64,000 nt of DNA from Eledone cirrhosa (lineage: Eukaryota). The notes under the pieces are model-generated. The model was given only the letters and a program-made list of their open reading frames with translations. It searched no databases and was not told the DNA's origin. Shown here piece by piece: positions 13,828-27,771 of this stretch. Location of the stretch: assembly GCA_964016885.1 (NCBI GenBank), contig OZ024740.1, positions 311,240,001 to 311,304,000 of the forward strand, read 5' to 3'. Position 1 is the first letter of the stretch; every line of letters starts with the position of its first letter. Position numbers and translations under genes: made by a program.

Positions 13828-14290
13828 ACATATATGCATAAACACATATTTATGTGCGCGTGTATGTGTGTATACATATTTGTAGCATTTTTTTCTTCTC
13901 CAAGTAACACAAATAAAGCAGAATCATGTCTACTGATTCTAAATATGACTACGTTTGTTGCTTAAAGGGTGCCATACTTACCATTACCTTCACACGTCTG
14001 CATTATGTCTTCAGTTGCATTGTTCACTACATTAAATTAACGAGCTAAATGTCAAAAGCAAAAACTACAAAAACTTATCAAATGTCAAAAGAAAAAGTAA
14101 GATTAACAAAATTATCTTTATGTATAGATACATCTAATGATTGTGTATTATTTTTTGTGTGTGAATTGGTTTTTATATTACGAGCTATGTATAGCACTGA
14201 TGTTCATTGTGTTTCATTCATACACTGATCTTTCTATATTTGTCTGCCTGTTAGTCTGTTTGTCAATCTGTATGTATGTATGTATGTATG

Positions 14291-14324
<34 letters not shown>

Positions 14325-14329
14325 TGTCC

Positions 14330-14893
14330 TTCTGGTTTTATAATTTCACAAATGTTTTCCCAATAGAGAGAGAGTCGGTTTCTAACATAGTTACAAGACT
14401 CTCTCATTGGAATTTACACAGCATCAACTAGGTAGATATGTATGTATGTATGCATGTATGGATGTTATTGTATGTGTGGATGTGGATGTTTTGAGTTGTA
14501 TGTGTGCATGTGTATATGCTTTGCATATGTATATGTGTATATGCAGTTATTAGATGCAAAATTTTTGGAATGTTTTACATATTTTTACTGTTCCATTAAT
14601 GGATTGTACTTGTAATTTCCTAACTAGTTGTGTTCTTTCTGTTCCTGTGAAGCCTAGCTTCTCAAGATTTGCATTGAGGCAGTTACTAACATATCCCAGT
14701 GCCCCAACAATCACAGGTATAAATCTGAAGGTGTAATCAGGGTGGAGTATCTGCAGATTTCTCATCAGTTCTGCATAAATGTTCTCCTTTTCACTAATCT
14801 TTGATATCATATTGGCATCTGCTGGGCAGCTAATTTCCACTACTGTGCATGCTTTCTTCTCCCTGTCTCATATCATAATATCTGGTCTGTTAT
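14330..14893 (-). mobile_element. RLE-type non-LTR retrotransposon (R4/Dong-like) 3' fragment
   Basis: HNRPDIMI*DREKKACTVVEISCPAD...EKENIYAEL...IPVIVGALG, the PD..(D/E) restriction-like endonuclease; flanked by (TGTA)n. Confidence 0.85.
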
Positions 14894-15739
14894 GCATGTA
14901 TGTATGTATGTATATATATGTATGTACGTATGCATGTATGAATGCATGCATGTATGTATATGTGTATGTATATATCTTTTTTTAATTATTGTAATTTTCT
15001 GATAAAAAAAATGTTGGTTTCCAACAAAGAACAAAAGGTCTTTTGCTGGGATTTAAGTATCAATAACCGCAAAAAGTGAACACAAATCTCCATAAATGTA
15101 CTGCCCTTGATGAACACTGGATGGGTCAGCATGCCCAGGTGACTTAGCTCACATATGTCCCTTGCTCACTTTATGTATAAAGCATCAACAGAATTTTTTT
15201 AAAGAATTTATTGTATTAGGTTCTCTTCTTTTTTCTAGATTTGATCAATATGCTGTCTAAACACACATTAACCATGCAGTGTTCTCGTTGATCACAGCAG
15301 ATCTCAACAGCCAGAAATTAACTAACATATAAATAATATATCCAGTTACTTCCCTTGTATTTTATGTGTTTACATTTCAAAATGTTCACCCAATGTCTCT
15401 TTTCATTATTTTTTCAATTTTAGGTTTTATATGTTAGAGATATATCCAGATGGCTGAGTTACTGCGGTGTCAACCTATCAGCCAGTTCAATATCGCACAG
15501 GTGTTGTATATTTAACACACTTAATAGATATCATAAATTTGTATGAAAATGGAGCATAAAATAATTGATTTATGACATATTATATTGTCCGCAAATTTAT
15601 AGAATGGTTAATGAAATTTTATAGATTTCAAAAATGTTATCTTTCCGAAAAGTATTTTTTATGTAAATTGTTTTTGACGGAGTATTGAAATTGCGTCTCA
15701 GACTTGGTTTGTCTGGAATTATCTCATTAAAACATTGTA

Positions 15740-15953
15740 CAGGATGAGCATAAAGTCTTTAAAATCACGAAACACACTTGTTTCATGGATGCCATTTTGT
15801 TACAACTACTTCTTGTAGAAGAAAAAATGTAAAACATGTTCAGAAAAACTTTAAACTTGAAATTTATAAATTAAAACAATGAAAAGGTAAAATCTCAAAT
15901 ATTATCCGAGATATGGTATTTTATAATCAGGGAAAGACTTTATGCTCTCCCTG
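15740..15953. mobile_element. Tc1/mariner-type MITE
   Basis: TIRs caggatgagcataaagtcttt / aaagactttatgctctccctg; TA on the left flank. Confidence 0.7.
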
Positions 15954-16304
15954 ATGAATTTAAAAAAGAATCTTCCTAAAAATGGCACTTGATAAAAAAT
16001 TGAAACCACTACGCTGGCTTGTCTTAAATCTACTTTATAAGGATAGGTTATTAAATAAACCTATTTTTATGGCACATCCCCCAAAGATTCCAAACTTTAT
16101 ATATCCATATATATTGCTATAATATTGCTTTTCAATTTTTTCTCTAAAGTATTTTGGCTGAAATTTATGTATCTGTATTGTTTTTCTTCTTTTTTTTTTC
16201 TTTAAAATATTTTGTCTGGAAATAAATTATATACTTTAAATCAAACATAACAAATTTTAGTGGATTCCCAGTAATTTTTAAAGTTCTACTATAGTTCATT
16301 ATTT

Positions 16305-16372
16305 CGATAAAATAAAGTACCAGTAATGCACTGGGTAATTGCTGGCCTTGTGCCTAAAGTAGAAACAATTAT
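16305..16372 (+). mobile_element. SINE family 1, 5'-truncated
   Basis: tcgataaaataaagtaccagtaatgcactggg...ggccttgtgcctaaagtagaaacaattatt. Confidence 0.85.
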
Positions 16373-18031
16373 TTACATTTGTATTGTTTTTTTAACTTTG
16401 TTTTTAAGTGTTGGAATTCGTTAACATTCTGCAAGCTTTTATGATTACAGCTAGTTCTGAAAGAAGCTATCAACTGAAATTCAATTGTATAGTAAACAGA
16501 CTGGCGACATTTGCTCGATAATATATTTTCCTTTCCCCTGCGTAAGAAACTGAAGCAAGAATTTAATCTAAACATTTCGCACTAAGAAATACTCCAGCTA
16601 ATTTCTTGATGTATTATTTTCATTCTTTCTTTTATTGCTGTTCTAATGATGACGACAATGCCGAAATCTCATAGGTAAGCATAAATTACTGTTTCTTATG
16701 TAATCATCAAGTCGAACATTGGAGGCAGAAAGGAATCATTGGCAGATGCAACGCCTATGTCATTAATATTTTCTATCGATTACCACTTATTTGGAGTAAA
16801 AACTAATTATTGTAAGAATGAGATAGGTTGAGTAAAAGAAGCCAATTAATCAAATGCTACTTGTTTTATTGATATGGATTAGTTAAGAAGGAAATTTGAT
16901 CCAAATGGGATATGAACTTAAAACCTAGAAGTGATAAGGCCAATTCATATACGTTTCTGTCCGTTGCTGTACTGCTTCAGTAAATTCTTCTGGCATGTTA
17001 CTTTTTTTTTATTTTAACATACAATAAGTTTCTCACGGAGATTCGAGTCAAATCTCCTTCGTGATAAAATGGTAATCTACTAGAGTTACATTTACTATAT
17101 TTATATTTAATATATGAATTATTAGTTTTAGACAAATATTTTCCATTTGTCCTTCATTATTCTTTTATAGTAAAGTAAATCAATTCTCAAACACAATGTA
17201 CTCAAACTTGATCTTATTTTATGTGCAGGCAACAATAATTAAGCTTCATTTTACTATATAATCAGAGAAGTAAAGAATATATCGAAGACACAGGCTAACG
17301 CCCTCCGACTAATGAGATTGGTGGTACTTCGTTTGAACTTTTGTGGAACATCGTTTGAAGAAAAAGGCGACCAAGAAGAAGATTCCTGTGAGTTGTAGCT
17401 CTGGGAAGGCATAGTTCCTAAAGTCATTAGTGCAAAGTCTGGGAGAGATACAGCCTCTGAAAGCATCAGCGATTCATAAGACGAAATATTGTACGATGTT
17501 ATCTATATAGCAATAAGAATCTTTAAAAGATAAATTTTCTCCCTTACACTGGTTTGATATATATTCACAGTTAATCCTTTGATCATTCGTGATCAAGAAA
17601 AGATAATCAACAAGTTCTGCTTTTTGGCTAATGAAAACGGGATTTGCGATATTTCTGAGTTTTCCAAAGATTTAATGAGCTGGCGCAAGATTAAAACCTG
17701 GTCTAATAATCAATTCGTCTTATATTTACCTGCTCATCTACTGTGTTTGACACTACACGTATACTAAAGATGTTTGTATGATAGTTGTCCTTTCTTCATG
17801 AAGGTATGCTATATGTTAAGCTAGTCAACAGCACAGAAAGTTTATTTATACTAATTTTATCTAAAACACCGTTATTACTTATCTTGCACATTTAACGACA
17901 CTACAGAGTTTATATGAACATTTTATGCATGGCTAAGTTATTTATGTTTAATCTATTACGACTAACAGAGAACCACGCTCATACGTTAACCTTCGCTTTT
18001 ACTTTTAATTCGTTTCTCTTTATATTCTTGG

Positions 18032-18065
<34 letters not shown>

Positions 18066-20023
18066 ATTACTGCGTAAAATGGTAAGTCGTACATATGAAC
18101 AACTATGTAGAAATTACATGGCTCTGAGACATTTTACAAAGTGTTTACAAACTAATGCCCATTTTTTCATATAAAAAGTATCTTTTATTAAAATCTTTAT
18201 TCGTAAGACAAAATTTATCGATACGTTTTAAAAGATTTGCGTAAAATGAAGCCAGTTGTAATTGAAAGGTCGAAAGCTGGAGGCAGTGACTTCGTTAAAT
18301 GTATTTCTACAATACATAGATTTTATATATTACGCTTCGATTTTATATTTACAACTGACAAGTAAACACAGAAAGGAATAAAAAAAAAAAAAAAAAGGTA
18401 AAACAAATTTCTAAATAGAAAGTAGTTTTTCAGCTCAAGAAGAAAAAGTCATTTAAATTCGTTCTTTTTATATTTTTCTTTTATCGTGATATTTGGGGAT
18501 TGACGATATTGAAACATGTTAGCGGTGGACCGTTAATGTCACCAACACTGAAGCAGAAACGACATCTTCCATACTGTGGAAAATATAATTGTGTTTATGT
18601 TGGAAAAGCGAGATGACTGAAATAACCTTTGAAGAAAACTAGGGAAAAGTCGATTTAAGTCAAATACCGTTTTTCCTGCCACAGGATGTTGCTGGTAAAA
18701 TTTGTCTTTTGCAATAAGCCTGATGACATTTGACTTAGATTTAATTGAATGAAATATCTATTTTTCTGTAGCAGAGAAAATATTAGCTGTTTATTATAAT
18801 CATTTATTATGTTTAGCACGGAAGGGAAAGGTAACAATTTAGCTAGTTAAATCAAATGCAGAGACTATTTTCCCCTTATAATCAAAACCTGCTATCGTAT
18901 TCCTACAAATATTTTGGCCCCAACACTAGAATACAACATTTTTAATAATTAATTAGTTGACTACATATATACTCTCGGGTTCCAAATAATAGGGAGGTTG
19001 GAATAAGCTGGAGGATGGACATTTTCTTAAATACGTGAGGGAGGAATAAACGGGAGTTGGAATCGGTAATTGTATAGTGTACGTTCGTAAATATGCTATT
19101 TCTTGTAATGTTCTTTTCTGTCATATGTAATACTTTTTTAATGTAAAATAAAATTATTATTAGTTTCTCCAGCTGCTGTTGTTAGTCTATTCAGCTTGAC
19201 TTTTCTTGCAGACACTACATGTGTCATATTATCAACACAACATACTTTTACACCATCACTTCTCCCTCTCTCTTTCATTCTTTGTTTTTTCGTTTCTCCC
19301 TCGCTTTCTTTCTCTTACACTCTATATATCTCCTATTCTTTCAACTAACTGTAACTGTTGATATGTATGCTTTGTTTATATGTTTCACATTTGGAAATTA
19401 TGTTCCTCTTTTACCTTGAAATTGCATTTCTATTTAAATTTACATTACTTTAGTTTCTCTGTAACTTAAAATTGCTTTATGAAGTGTCCATCAATGATAC
19501 TACGGAAGTATGTACCACACAACATTTACTGCTGTAAAACACCAGCTTTCTCTGGGGGAAGAAACAAAGGAACAGAAATCCTGCTTTGCTCTTGGGCAGT
19601 TTTATACAAGATGCTCAGGAGTTGGAAGCCCTCCTTCTCTTTTTATTTATGACATTTCTTGTAAAACCAAAACTATTGTGTATCATAGAATGTTGTCATG
19701 ACAGTGCTCAGAATTCCTAAGGCTATGAATGATACAGATCTAATATGATAAAGCTGGGATTCATCGCAATTCTTAATATGATTTCTTTTTCACTGTGTCT
19801 ATTGCTCCTGGCCAGTTCCGATATTTGGACGTGTGGTTTTCCTCCGAGCATTCTATGTTTGCGTCTTATAAGAATTATTTCTATGTGTGGTTTATCACGC
19901 TCCGGTTTCTATTCATTTTCAAAATTCTGTAAGGGTTAAAGAATTTCAAAGAATTATATGAAATATTATATTCATTAATAATTTCAAAATAAAACTTTTC
20001 ACTGCCACGTAATCATATTGAGC

Positions 20024-20216
20024 GTGTATCTGTAAGACAGTGTATCTGTAAGGCAGTGTTTCTGTAAGACAGTGTATCTGTAAGACAGTGTATCTGTAAG
20101 ACAGTGTATCAGTAAGACAGTGTTTCTGTAAGACAGTTTTTTCTGTAAGACAGTGTATCTGTAAGACAGTGTATCAGTAAGACAGTGTATCTGTAAGACA
20201 GTGTATCAGTAAGACA
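20024..20216. repeat. 16-bp minisatellite (gtgtatctgtaagaca) x ~12, possibly inside a non-autonomous Helitron ending ~20362
   Basis: Direct tandem units; downstream cctgagcaacgtcggatattctacta resembles a decayed Helitron 3' hairpin + CTAG end. Confidence 0.8.
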
Positions 20217-21164
20217 TTGAATTATTTGACATCATTTTGGAAAACAATTTCGAAAAATAACTTTTCAAGAGTTCTTTTAAACCAAGTATGCCTTCATTAA
20301 TAACAATTCTGATACATTTATAGTTACTTTTCAACCTGAGCAACGTCGGATATTCTACTATTACATAAATAATCTGCTTATTTATTTTTCATATTCTCCT
20401 TGCTTTATGTATGTTTACTCGTTCAAAACTTGCAGTTCCAATTATTTTAGTTGATGACTATCTTGCCTGAATCCTTTTTTAATTATCTGCCACTTTATGC
20501 AAACTGAATGAGAACAAATATATTGATTTCTTCTGCTTCTCTTTACTTTACGTAATTTGTGATTGCAGTGTTTTTCATTGTTTGCTTCCATGATAATATT
20601 CCTTTCTATTTGTTCTAGATTAAACTCAGTTCCTTATAAGGGAGGATAATGACTAAATAATGATATGCAATTGATTCCCATATCAACAGAATACTGATTT
20701 CAGCTTATTTGAAACAGCATTGCTAGAAGGAAAAATACCGTATCTCAGAAAGAATTTCTTTACAAAATACATTGCCTATTTTCCACTCATAGCTTGATTA
20801 TAGGGCTTATTTTTTTAACTTCTATATTATAATTAACTAAAACTCGTTCAATATCTACAAACACGTTTGGTCCATCCGATTACGGTCTTATATTACCATG
20901 CAATGTATAACCTTCAAAGACTGTCCTACACAGAATTATTCCAACAATAAGTTTTGATGGGGTTAGAAAAATTTGTCCACAATTTGTACTTGAGTCATTA
21001 GTTTGACTAGTCGAATAAGTAATTAACGGGGATCCGGGCGGAATATGTTATTTATTATTTTAACTTCAACGAATAGATATTCTCGAGTTTCTCAAATTAC
21101 TGCAAAATTGTAATTCTATCTGAATTTTTTCATGAATCATTTCCATGGTTAATAGATATGCAGC

Positions 21165-21710
21165 ATGGTTGAGGCGTTTGCTTCGCAATCGTTAGCCCTC
21201 GGTTCGATCTCATTGCATATCATCTTGAGCAAGTGTCATTTACCATAACTTAGGGTTGATTAAAACATTTGTGTGAAATTTTGTAAACGGAAACTGTTTA
21301 GAAGCTTGTCTGTCGGATTGGCCTGTAATTTAACCCTTTAACATTTACATTACTCTATATTTATACTATTGTATTTTTGTGACAAATGCTCTACCTCGCA
21401 TAATTATCTCACATAATAGCTAATCTATGATATTTTGATACTATTTATTTTGAGAAGAATACCTTAACATCAGTATGAGCGGTCAGTCACGGCCGGTTTG
21501 AACAGAAAGAGGTGAAAGAATTCTGCCCGGGTACAGCCGGTTTAAATGCTAAAGGGTTAAAGAGCCATTGTCACCCTGAATCTCTCTGAGAATTGTGTTA
21601 GGGATACACGTGTCGGTCGAATGCTCAGTCACTTGCTCGTTAGATTCACATGCAGGCTGTTCCGTTCATCGAACAACTCGAACACTCATCAATGAAACCG
21701 GTGGAGGTCT
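21165..21710 (+). mobile_element. tRNA-derived SINE family 2 (decayed), interrupted by a piggyBac MITE
   Basis: tggttgaggcgtttgcttcgcaa...ggttcgatctc...cttgagcaagtgtc matches the head at 58525; repeat-like sequence resumes after 21560. Confidence 0.6.
21334..21556. mobile_element. piggyBac-type MITE
   Basis: TTAA|ccctttaacattta ... taaatgctaaaggg|TTAA: TIRs plus TTAA target duplication. Confidence 0.85.
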
Positions 21711-22799
21711 ATTCTATTCTATTCCAATATTATATATGCGTGGTAGATGTGATTTGTCACCATTTTTAATGTTACCACCTTGGAGGCCATTAGTAGAGTC
21801 TACTCTTTTATAGGCATCTAGACCAGGTCTGCAATCTGAGGGTAAACTGGGCTACATTCTACCTGAACCTCGGTTTCTATCACCCATGATTCCCCACAAC
21901 CACCACCATCACCAGTCCTGGAGACTGTAAAAATGTCATGTATGCTGTCCTTTCATCTCTAATGAAACTATAAAAAGAAGATGATGCACCCATTTGAGTT
22001 TGTGATTCAGTAGATATGTATTATTTTACTACTTCCCTATGAATTTCTAAGAAATTTCATATAATTTCAGTAAAGCATCCAAACAGAGAATGATATTTTT
22101 TATGTATTTGCTAAACTTGATTCTTCTCTTTTCTTTCGGCTCTATTTTGTTTTGCTTTTAACGAATTGCAATTATAATGTTTCATTTCGATCGATTTTTA
22201 AACGAATAGCAGGATTGAGTATAAAAACAAAACATGAAATTCTTTTGGATACAAAATTATTTTCACAGTATTCAACGATTATGCTTCTTTTAGGATGAAA
22301 GAAAAGTATATGTGTTTGGAATCTAGGATATTAATGCCAGCTAAACTAGATTGATGTGAAATGAAACTGGTGATTACGTATTTAAATGCTTCATAATTTT
22401 ATATTTCTTTGTATTTAAAGATTAAAATACTTTAACTATTGTATGTTGGAAAACGTTTCTAATAGTTCATCTTATCTTTATTATTATATACTTGATGGGT
22501 TTTTTTTAAGAATGCAGCGCTTTGAACAGTTTAATCTCCATTTGTGTTCAGTTACTTTATTTGGCATTTTTATCTATATGAGTTCAGATTGAATTCACAA
22601 AACCCTATTTCACACATAATTTGAATGTTCTTATCAGATTAGAAACGAAATAGAATTGTGTTTTAATTATAATGATATTTAAACTCATTGTTATTAGTAG
22701 TAGCTATATGGAACACTTGAGGTGGAATTTACTGATTGCATGCTCAACTAAAATTATATTAACTACATCATTTACTTTCAGTTATCATCACTATTTTTC

Positions 22800-23100
22800 C
22801 AGAGGTTCTCAAACTTTTTGGGCCACCACCCCTCTCAGGGCCACGTAATACGTTCAACACCCCCACCCCTATTCCCAGAGAGACCTACCTACATGCAAAT
22901 TATAAATAATATATAATAAATAAAATCGTTAATTTATATATTATAAATAATATAATATATACTATGTATAAATAAATATTATATAGTTTTTATTTTATTA
23001 CATTTATATATATTTATCATTTGATATTTAATATACTATTATATCATCTCTACCGCCTCCTTAAGCCCCAGTTCCCCCTGGACCTTTTTGAGAGCCTCTG
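22800..23100. mobile_element. hAT (Charlie-like) MITE
   Basis: TIRs cagaggttctcaaa / tttgagagcctctg around an AT-rich core. Confidence 0.7.
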
Positions 23101-23679
23101 CTATAATTGAAGCCTCATTGCATGATGACTTATGGTCTCTATTTTCACGTTATTCGCGTTCCCATTTTCATGACTTTCTCGATGTTGTTTGTCTCTAAAC
23201 TTTGTGGGTTGTCCTATTTTTCTGTTTTCGAGATTTACCAGTAGTACATGATATGTTGTAAGTGTTTATCTTTTTAATTCGTCAATCTCTTAAATGGGTT
23301 CATCTTCGATAAGATAACTGATGAGTGCAATAATATTCTTCAATCCTATTCTTATATTATATTAACTACTGACATAATATATCCCCTCATAGCTAACTTT
23401 ACAATAAGGCAGAGTCACAATGCATCTTGATTTTATGCTTGCCTTATTTTAGTGCATGCACGCAGCTATTAGGTAAAATAATGTCTCATACCGGCTTTCG
23501 ATACAGAAATCTGTATGTACAGTATAGAGCCCATATGGTCAAATAAGACATAAATACCTTTTTCTATAAGATATCTTATTGAAGTATGCTGATTTTAAGA
23601 TTTGTACACAGCTATTCAGAAATCCTTCCAATGAATAGTTTACCTTATCTTCCAGTTGGAGGTAACTCGTTTTTGTACA

Positions 23680-23870
23680 TAATTGTTTCTACTTTGGGCA
23701 CAAGGCCAGCAATTACCCAATGCATTACTGGTACTTTATTCTATCCACCCCGGAAGGATGAAAGGCAAAGTTAACATCGTCGGGATTTGAACTCAGATCA
23801 TACAGGGAGGTAACTCTATGCTTCAAAGCATGGCATCCGACCCTCTACCGATACTGCCAATCCACCGCCT
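23680..23870 (-). mobile_element. SINE family 1, full length
   Basis: Full consensus; tacataat duplicated on both flanks. Confidence 0.9.
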
Positions 23871-24112
23871 TTTTATACATAATGTCCATTGTTCAAACAT
23901 CTCGGTCTCGACAGAGTTTTTCTGTTTGTTCTTCGTATGGGTGCATTTTTCAATTCATCGAGTAAAACTATAACAGTTTATGTTATCACCATATCGTTCT
24001 ACCAATAAAGAATTCCCAATTAAACTTTTAGAGCCACTATAATTGCCTCATAATTTTCCCACGCTCACACATATACTATATATATATATGAATGTATGTA
24101 TAGTATATATGA

Positions 24113-24495
24113 ATGTATGTATAGTATATTTGGCAATATACCGTATGTTTAATTAAAAACATTTAAAAGACCATTCGCTATCAGGAAGGGAGAGTGGCTG
24201 ACAGTCTGTTTCTCGCTGTTTGGCGTTTATCAAAACCACGTACTCCCCTGCCTCTGCCGAAAATTATAGAAGCTGGATTCGTATAGAATTTCAGTAATAA
24301 TCAGGAGCTGATTATACAGAGCGATTGCCGGTCCAGCAAAAATTAGGTATTAGGATTGGTGCTCTGAAATAGCGATGTATACATGTAGGTATAGTATATT
24401 TGGCAATATACCGTATGTTTAATTAAAAACATTTAGAAGACCATTCGCTATTAGTTTTAAAGTAGTGACTATGTCACCTACTTTCGGCAAAAGAA
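24113..24495 (-). mobile_element. tandem HHR unit (~1.3 copies, 270-bp spacing), same family as 9736-10120
   Basis: atagtatatttggcaatataccg... at 24121 and 24391; middle is the rc of 9933-10015. Confidence 0.85.
24194..24239 (-). ncRNA. type I hammerhead ribozyme, core mutated (UUGAUAA)
   Basis: rc: gtggtt-ttgataa-a-cgc-caaaca-gcg-a-GAAAC-agact-GTC-agccac. Confidence 0.65.
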
Positions 24496-25772
24496 GGAGA
24501 GAGAGAGGGGGAGGGTGATATTGCCAAAACTGAATCTCACGAGTAGACTTTCTCCCTATGACGGCCAGATGCAATATCTCAGAATTTATCAGTTGCTGAT
24601 TTTCTACGGCGCTTTGGTACAAAACATATTGAAGTACTACTCATATATCTAGACAGTGTTATTGCAATACATACGAAAAAATTTAAACTATATTCAAAAC
24701 AAAGTCGTTTTACATATTTGCAAAGATTCATACACCAACATGCCACAACCACTTGCGCAGTTTCTTTCCTCTGCCTCGTTTTCAGGTAGTACATATATCA
24801 GGTAGTACAAATATCCCTTTTCTTCTCCCGCAACTCCCACTGTGTCTCATCTCACGAACTCCATAAACACATTGTTAATCAGTCCACACTATAACTCCGA
24901 CATTCTATCCGTCGACAAACAATAGGTATTCAAAATATATATTAATCGCATCAGCCACAAAGCGAGGGCTCACCTGATAAGGCGCAGTTCGTTGAATATA
25001 TGTTTTAGTTTATATTTATTGTATTTTGTTTTGAGTACGGTTGTGTCAAAAATAATATATATATTTATAATGTCTCTGTTACTCTATTTCGAGATTAAAA
25101 TCTCTTCTTCCGAGGAAAATAAAAGGGACGAATCCTGTGTCCGATGCTTACGCACACACATGTATGCATGTGCGTGTGTGTCAGTGCGTATTAGTATATA
25201 TGTGTCTCTGTAGATTTAAAGGGAAATAACTCTGTGCCTCCCTTGACTTGTCCAGACCTTTAATTTTTAAAACAATAGAGGTTGAAAAAAAAAAAAAAAT
25301 ACTTCCGCAGCATGGTATTAGCGCGCCTCATCGGTCACTGTGTTAGTCCCTTTTGTTTTCCACGGAAGAAGAGATTTTAATCTCGAAATAACAGGACATA
25401 TAAATAAATTAATGTAAAAACACATCTTGTTTCATCCGACTTCTTTGTTTATACGTCCATTTCGCATTGCCGTGGCTTTCAAACTTCGAATTCTTTATAT
25501 ATATATATATATATATATAATAGCTCAGGACAAAGACAATGGAAAAGACAACGGAAAAACGGACAGTCCCGTCTCATCCGCCTACTTCTGGAAATCACTA
25601 TGATTTCCGTATATTAAGGTGGGTACAGATTATTCCAGTGCAGATTGGAACATCACATAACGGGCAGAGCCAAGTTATTCCTTTCGGCGAATTATACAAA
25701 ATCGACCATTGAGGTCGACTTTGACTTGCCTCCTTTCGAGGTTGATAAAATAACAATTCAATATTGAGGTTG

Positions 25773-25774
<2 letters not shown>

Positions 25775-25868
<94 letters not shown>
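25775..25868. repeat. (CT)n microsatellite
   Basis: Direct reading. Confidence 0.95.
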
Positions 25869-25871
<3 letters not shown>

Positions 25872-26630
25872 GCGGTGATGGATGAAGTCTGTCAGATTTA
25901 AATGCTTGAAACACGCCGTATGTAATGACGGCGTCCCCACGACTTCATCAGAATTTAAAGTCATATAGTATAACATAGAATCATTAGAATTAATATATTG
26001 CAATGAGAGAAACGTCATAGGAATTTTGTTTACAGACTTGACACTTGATATTGATCGCGTATGCAAAATATATACACTGAAAGGAAAATAAATAATCTAC
26101 GATCAATGTATTCAAATGTGGATTTCGACTAGAAAAATTTCAAGTATGTGTTGACAATGTGTACTTTTAAAATTTTAATTTATAGATTATGAAGAACATC
26201 AAAACTACGTTCGACATGGTATTATTAATTATTGATGTACAACTCATACGTAATGGACTAAAATCACTACTCGAAAGTAGACACTGTGTAAACTAATTGA
26301 AGATTAGCAAATTTTCATAAATTTTGCTATCGAATTCTTGAGATTTGATTAGTGAGTATGTCATTATATTTTGTCTAAGTTTTTTTTTGTCATAGTCTTT
26401 TTTTTTTATTTTTCCTAATTCAATCTCTTGTGTAAACTTATTTTGACTAGCATATATGTTTAAACTAGATATATGTGTGTGTTTGTATATGTTTTTGTCT
26501 ATGTGTATGTGTGCGGTGGGGGAAGGGTAATTCTATTTCAAGCACATAAAGGTGACCAGCCTTATAATCAGGCAACTAGAAACACCAAGCGTGATGTATA
26601 AGATACACACACAGACACACACACACACAG

Positions 26631-26749
<119 letters not shown>

Positions 26750-27128
26750 TATATACATATATACATATATATATACATACATATATATATATATGGAGAG
26801 GGGGAGAGGGGGAGAGAGGGGGAGGGAAAGAATAAGATGAATAAAGTAGACAAAATTATTTGTACATCTGCAACTATATTATTTGATGTATATATTGTAC
26901 ATAAGTATTTGATGAAGTATAATCAGTAAGTTTCGGTAGTGTTTTACAATAATGTAGTTGTCTTTTAACATATGTTTGTATAAATAAATACTTATATCGT
27001 TATATGTGAGCTTACTTTATGATGCAAATATACAAATAGATATTATAATATTTTATTGTTGAGAATGGACAGTTTTCGTCAGATGGGCTTATTTTGTAAT
27101 ACTAGCACGCAATCAAAAGGGAATTCTG

Positions 27129-27200
<72 letters not shown>

Positions 27201-27202
<2 letters not shown>

Positions 27203-27645
27203 CAAACAAATCGTTTATCGCTCTACATAGCTGAATACAATAAATGTAATCTGAGTTTTTCGAATATTAATAATAATATTCGTGAAAATATATGGTATTT
27301 TCTAAAATATACAGTGACTGATTAGCCTGATTTGCATATTAGCAGACTCACTGATCAGCCAGATTTGCATATCAGCAGATAGGCCATTCAGTTTTTCGAA
27401 TATTAATAATATTATTCGATTCGTTTGCAATTATATTTTCACTATCTCTAACAGTTGGCAAATAAGCAGTATACTGCATTGATGAAGGGTAATCACCCAG
27501 AAACGTTAGTGTCTGCAGTTCTGTTTACATGCCAACACAAGAGCAAGAATGAGGGAGTTATTCTACTGACATGGCTTAAAGAGGATGTTTGCATGATTAC
27601 AAACGAATCGAATATTATCATTAATATTCGAAAAACTCAGATTAC

Positions 27646-27689
<44 letters not shown>

Positions 27690-27725
27690 GTAATCTGAGT
27701 TTTTCGAATATTAATGATAATATTC
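27201..27725 (+). mobile_element. HHR unit with two ATTTGCAT octamers and duplicated/inverted terminal segments
   Basis: agtttttcgaatattaat segment at ~27254, ~27390 and ~27698, inverted at ~27620-27640; octamers at 27330 and 27363; lies between (TG)n and (TA)n. Confidence 0.7.
27473..27519 (+). ncRNA. type I hammerhead ribozyme (UUGAUGA core variant)
   Basis: actgca-ttgatga-a-gggt-aatc-accc-a-GAAAC-gttagt-GTC-tgcagt; outer stems taagcag/ctgttta and gttggca/tgccaac. Confidence 0.8.
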
Positions 27726-27771
27726 GTTTCGTTATTTGTTTTTATCGTTTCCGCTGAACCGGTGCGTACAA

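Noticed and set aside
17229-17395. Possible host exon (tgcag acceptor, gtgagt donor)
   Set aside because: No convincing open frame or homology recognisable by eye.
25600-25700. WLCPLCDVPIC as a piggyBac Cys-rich tail
   Set aside because: Isolated short motif with no adjoining transposase sequence.
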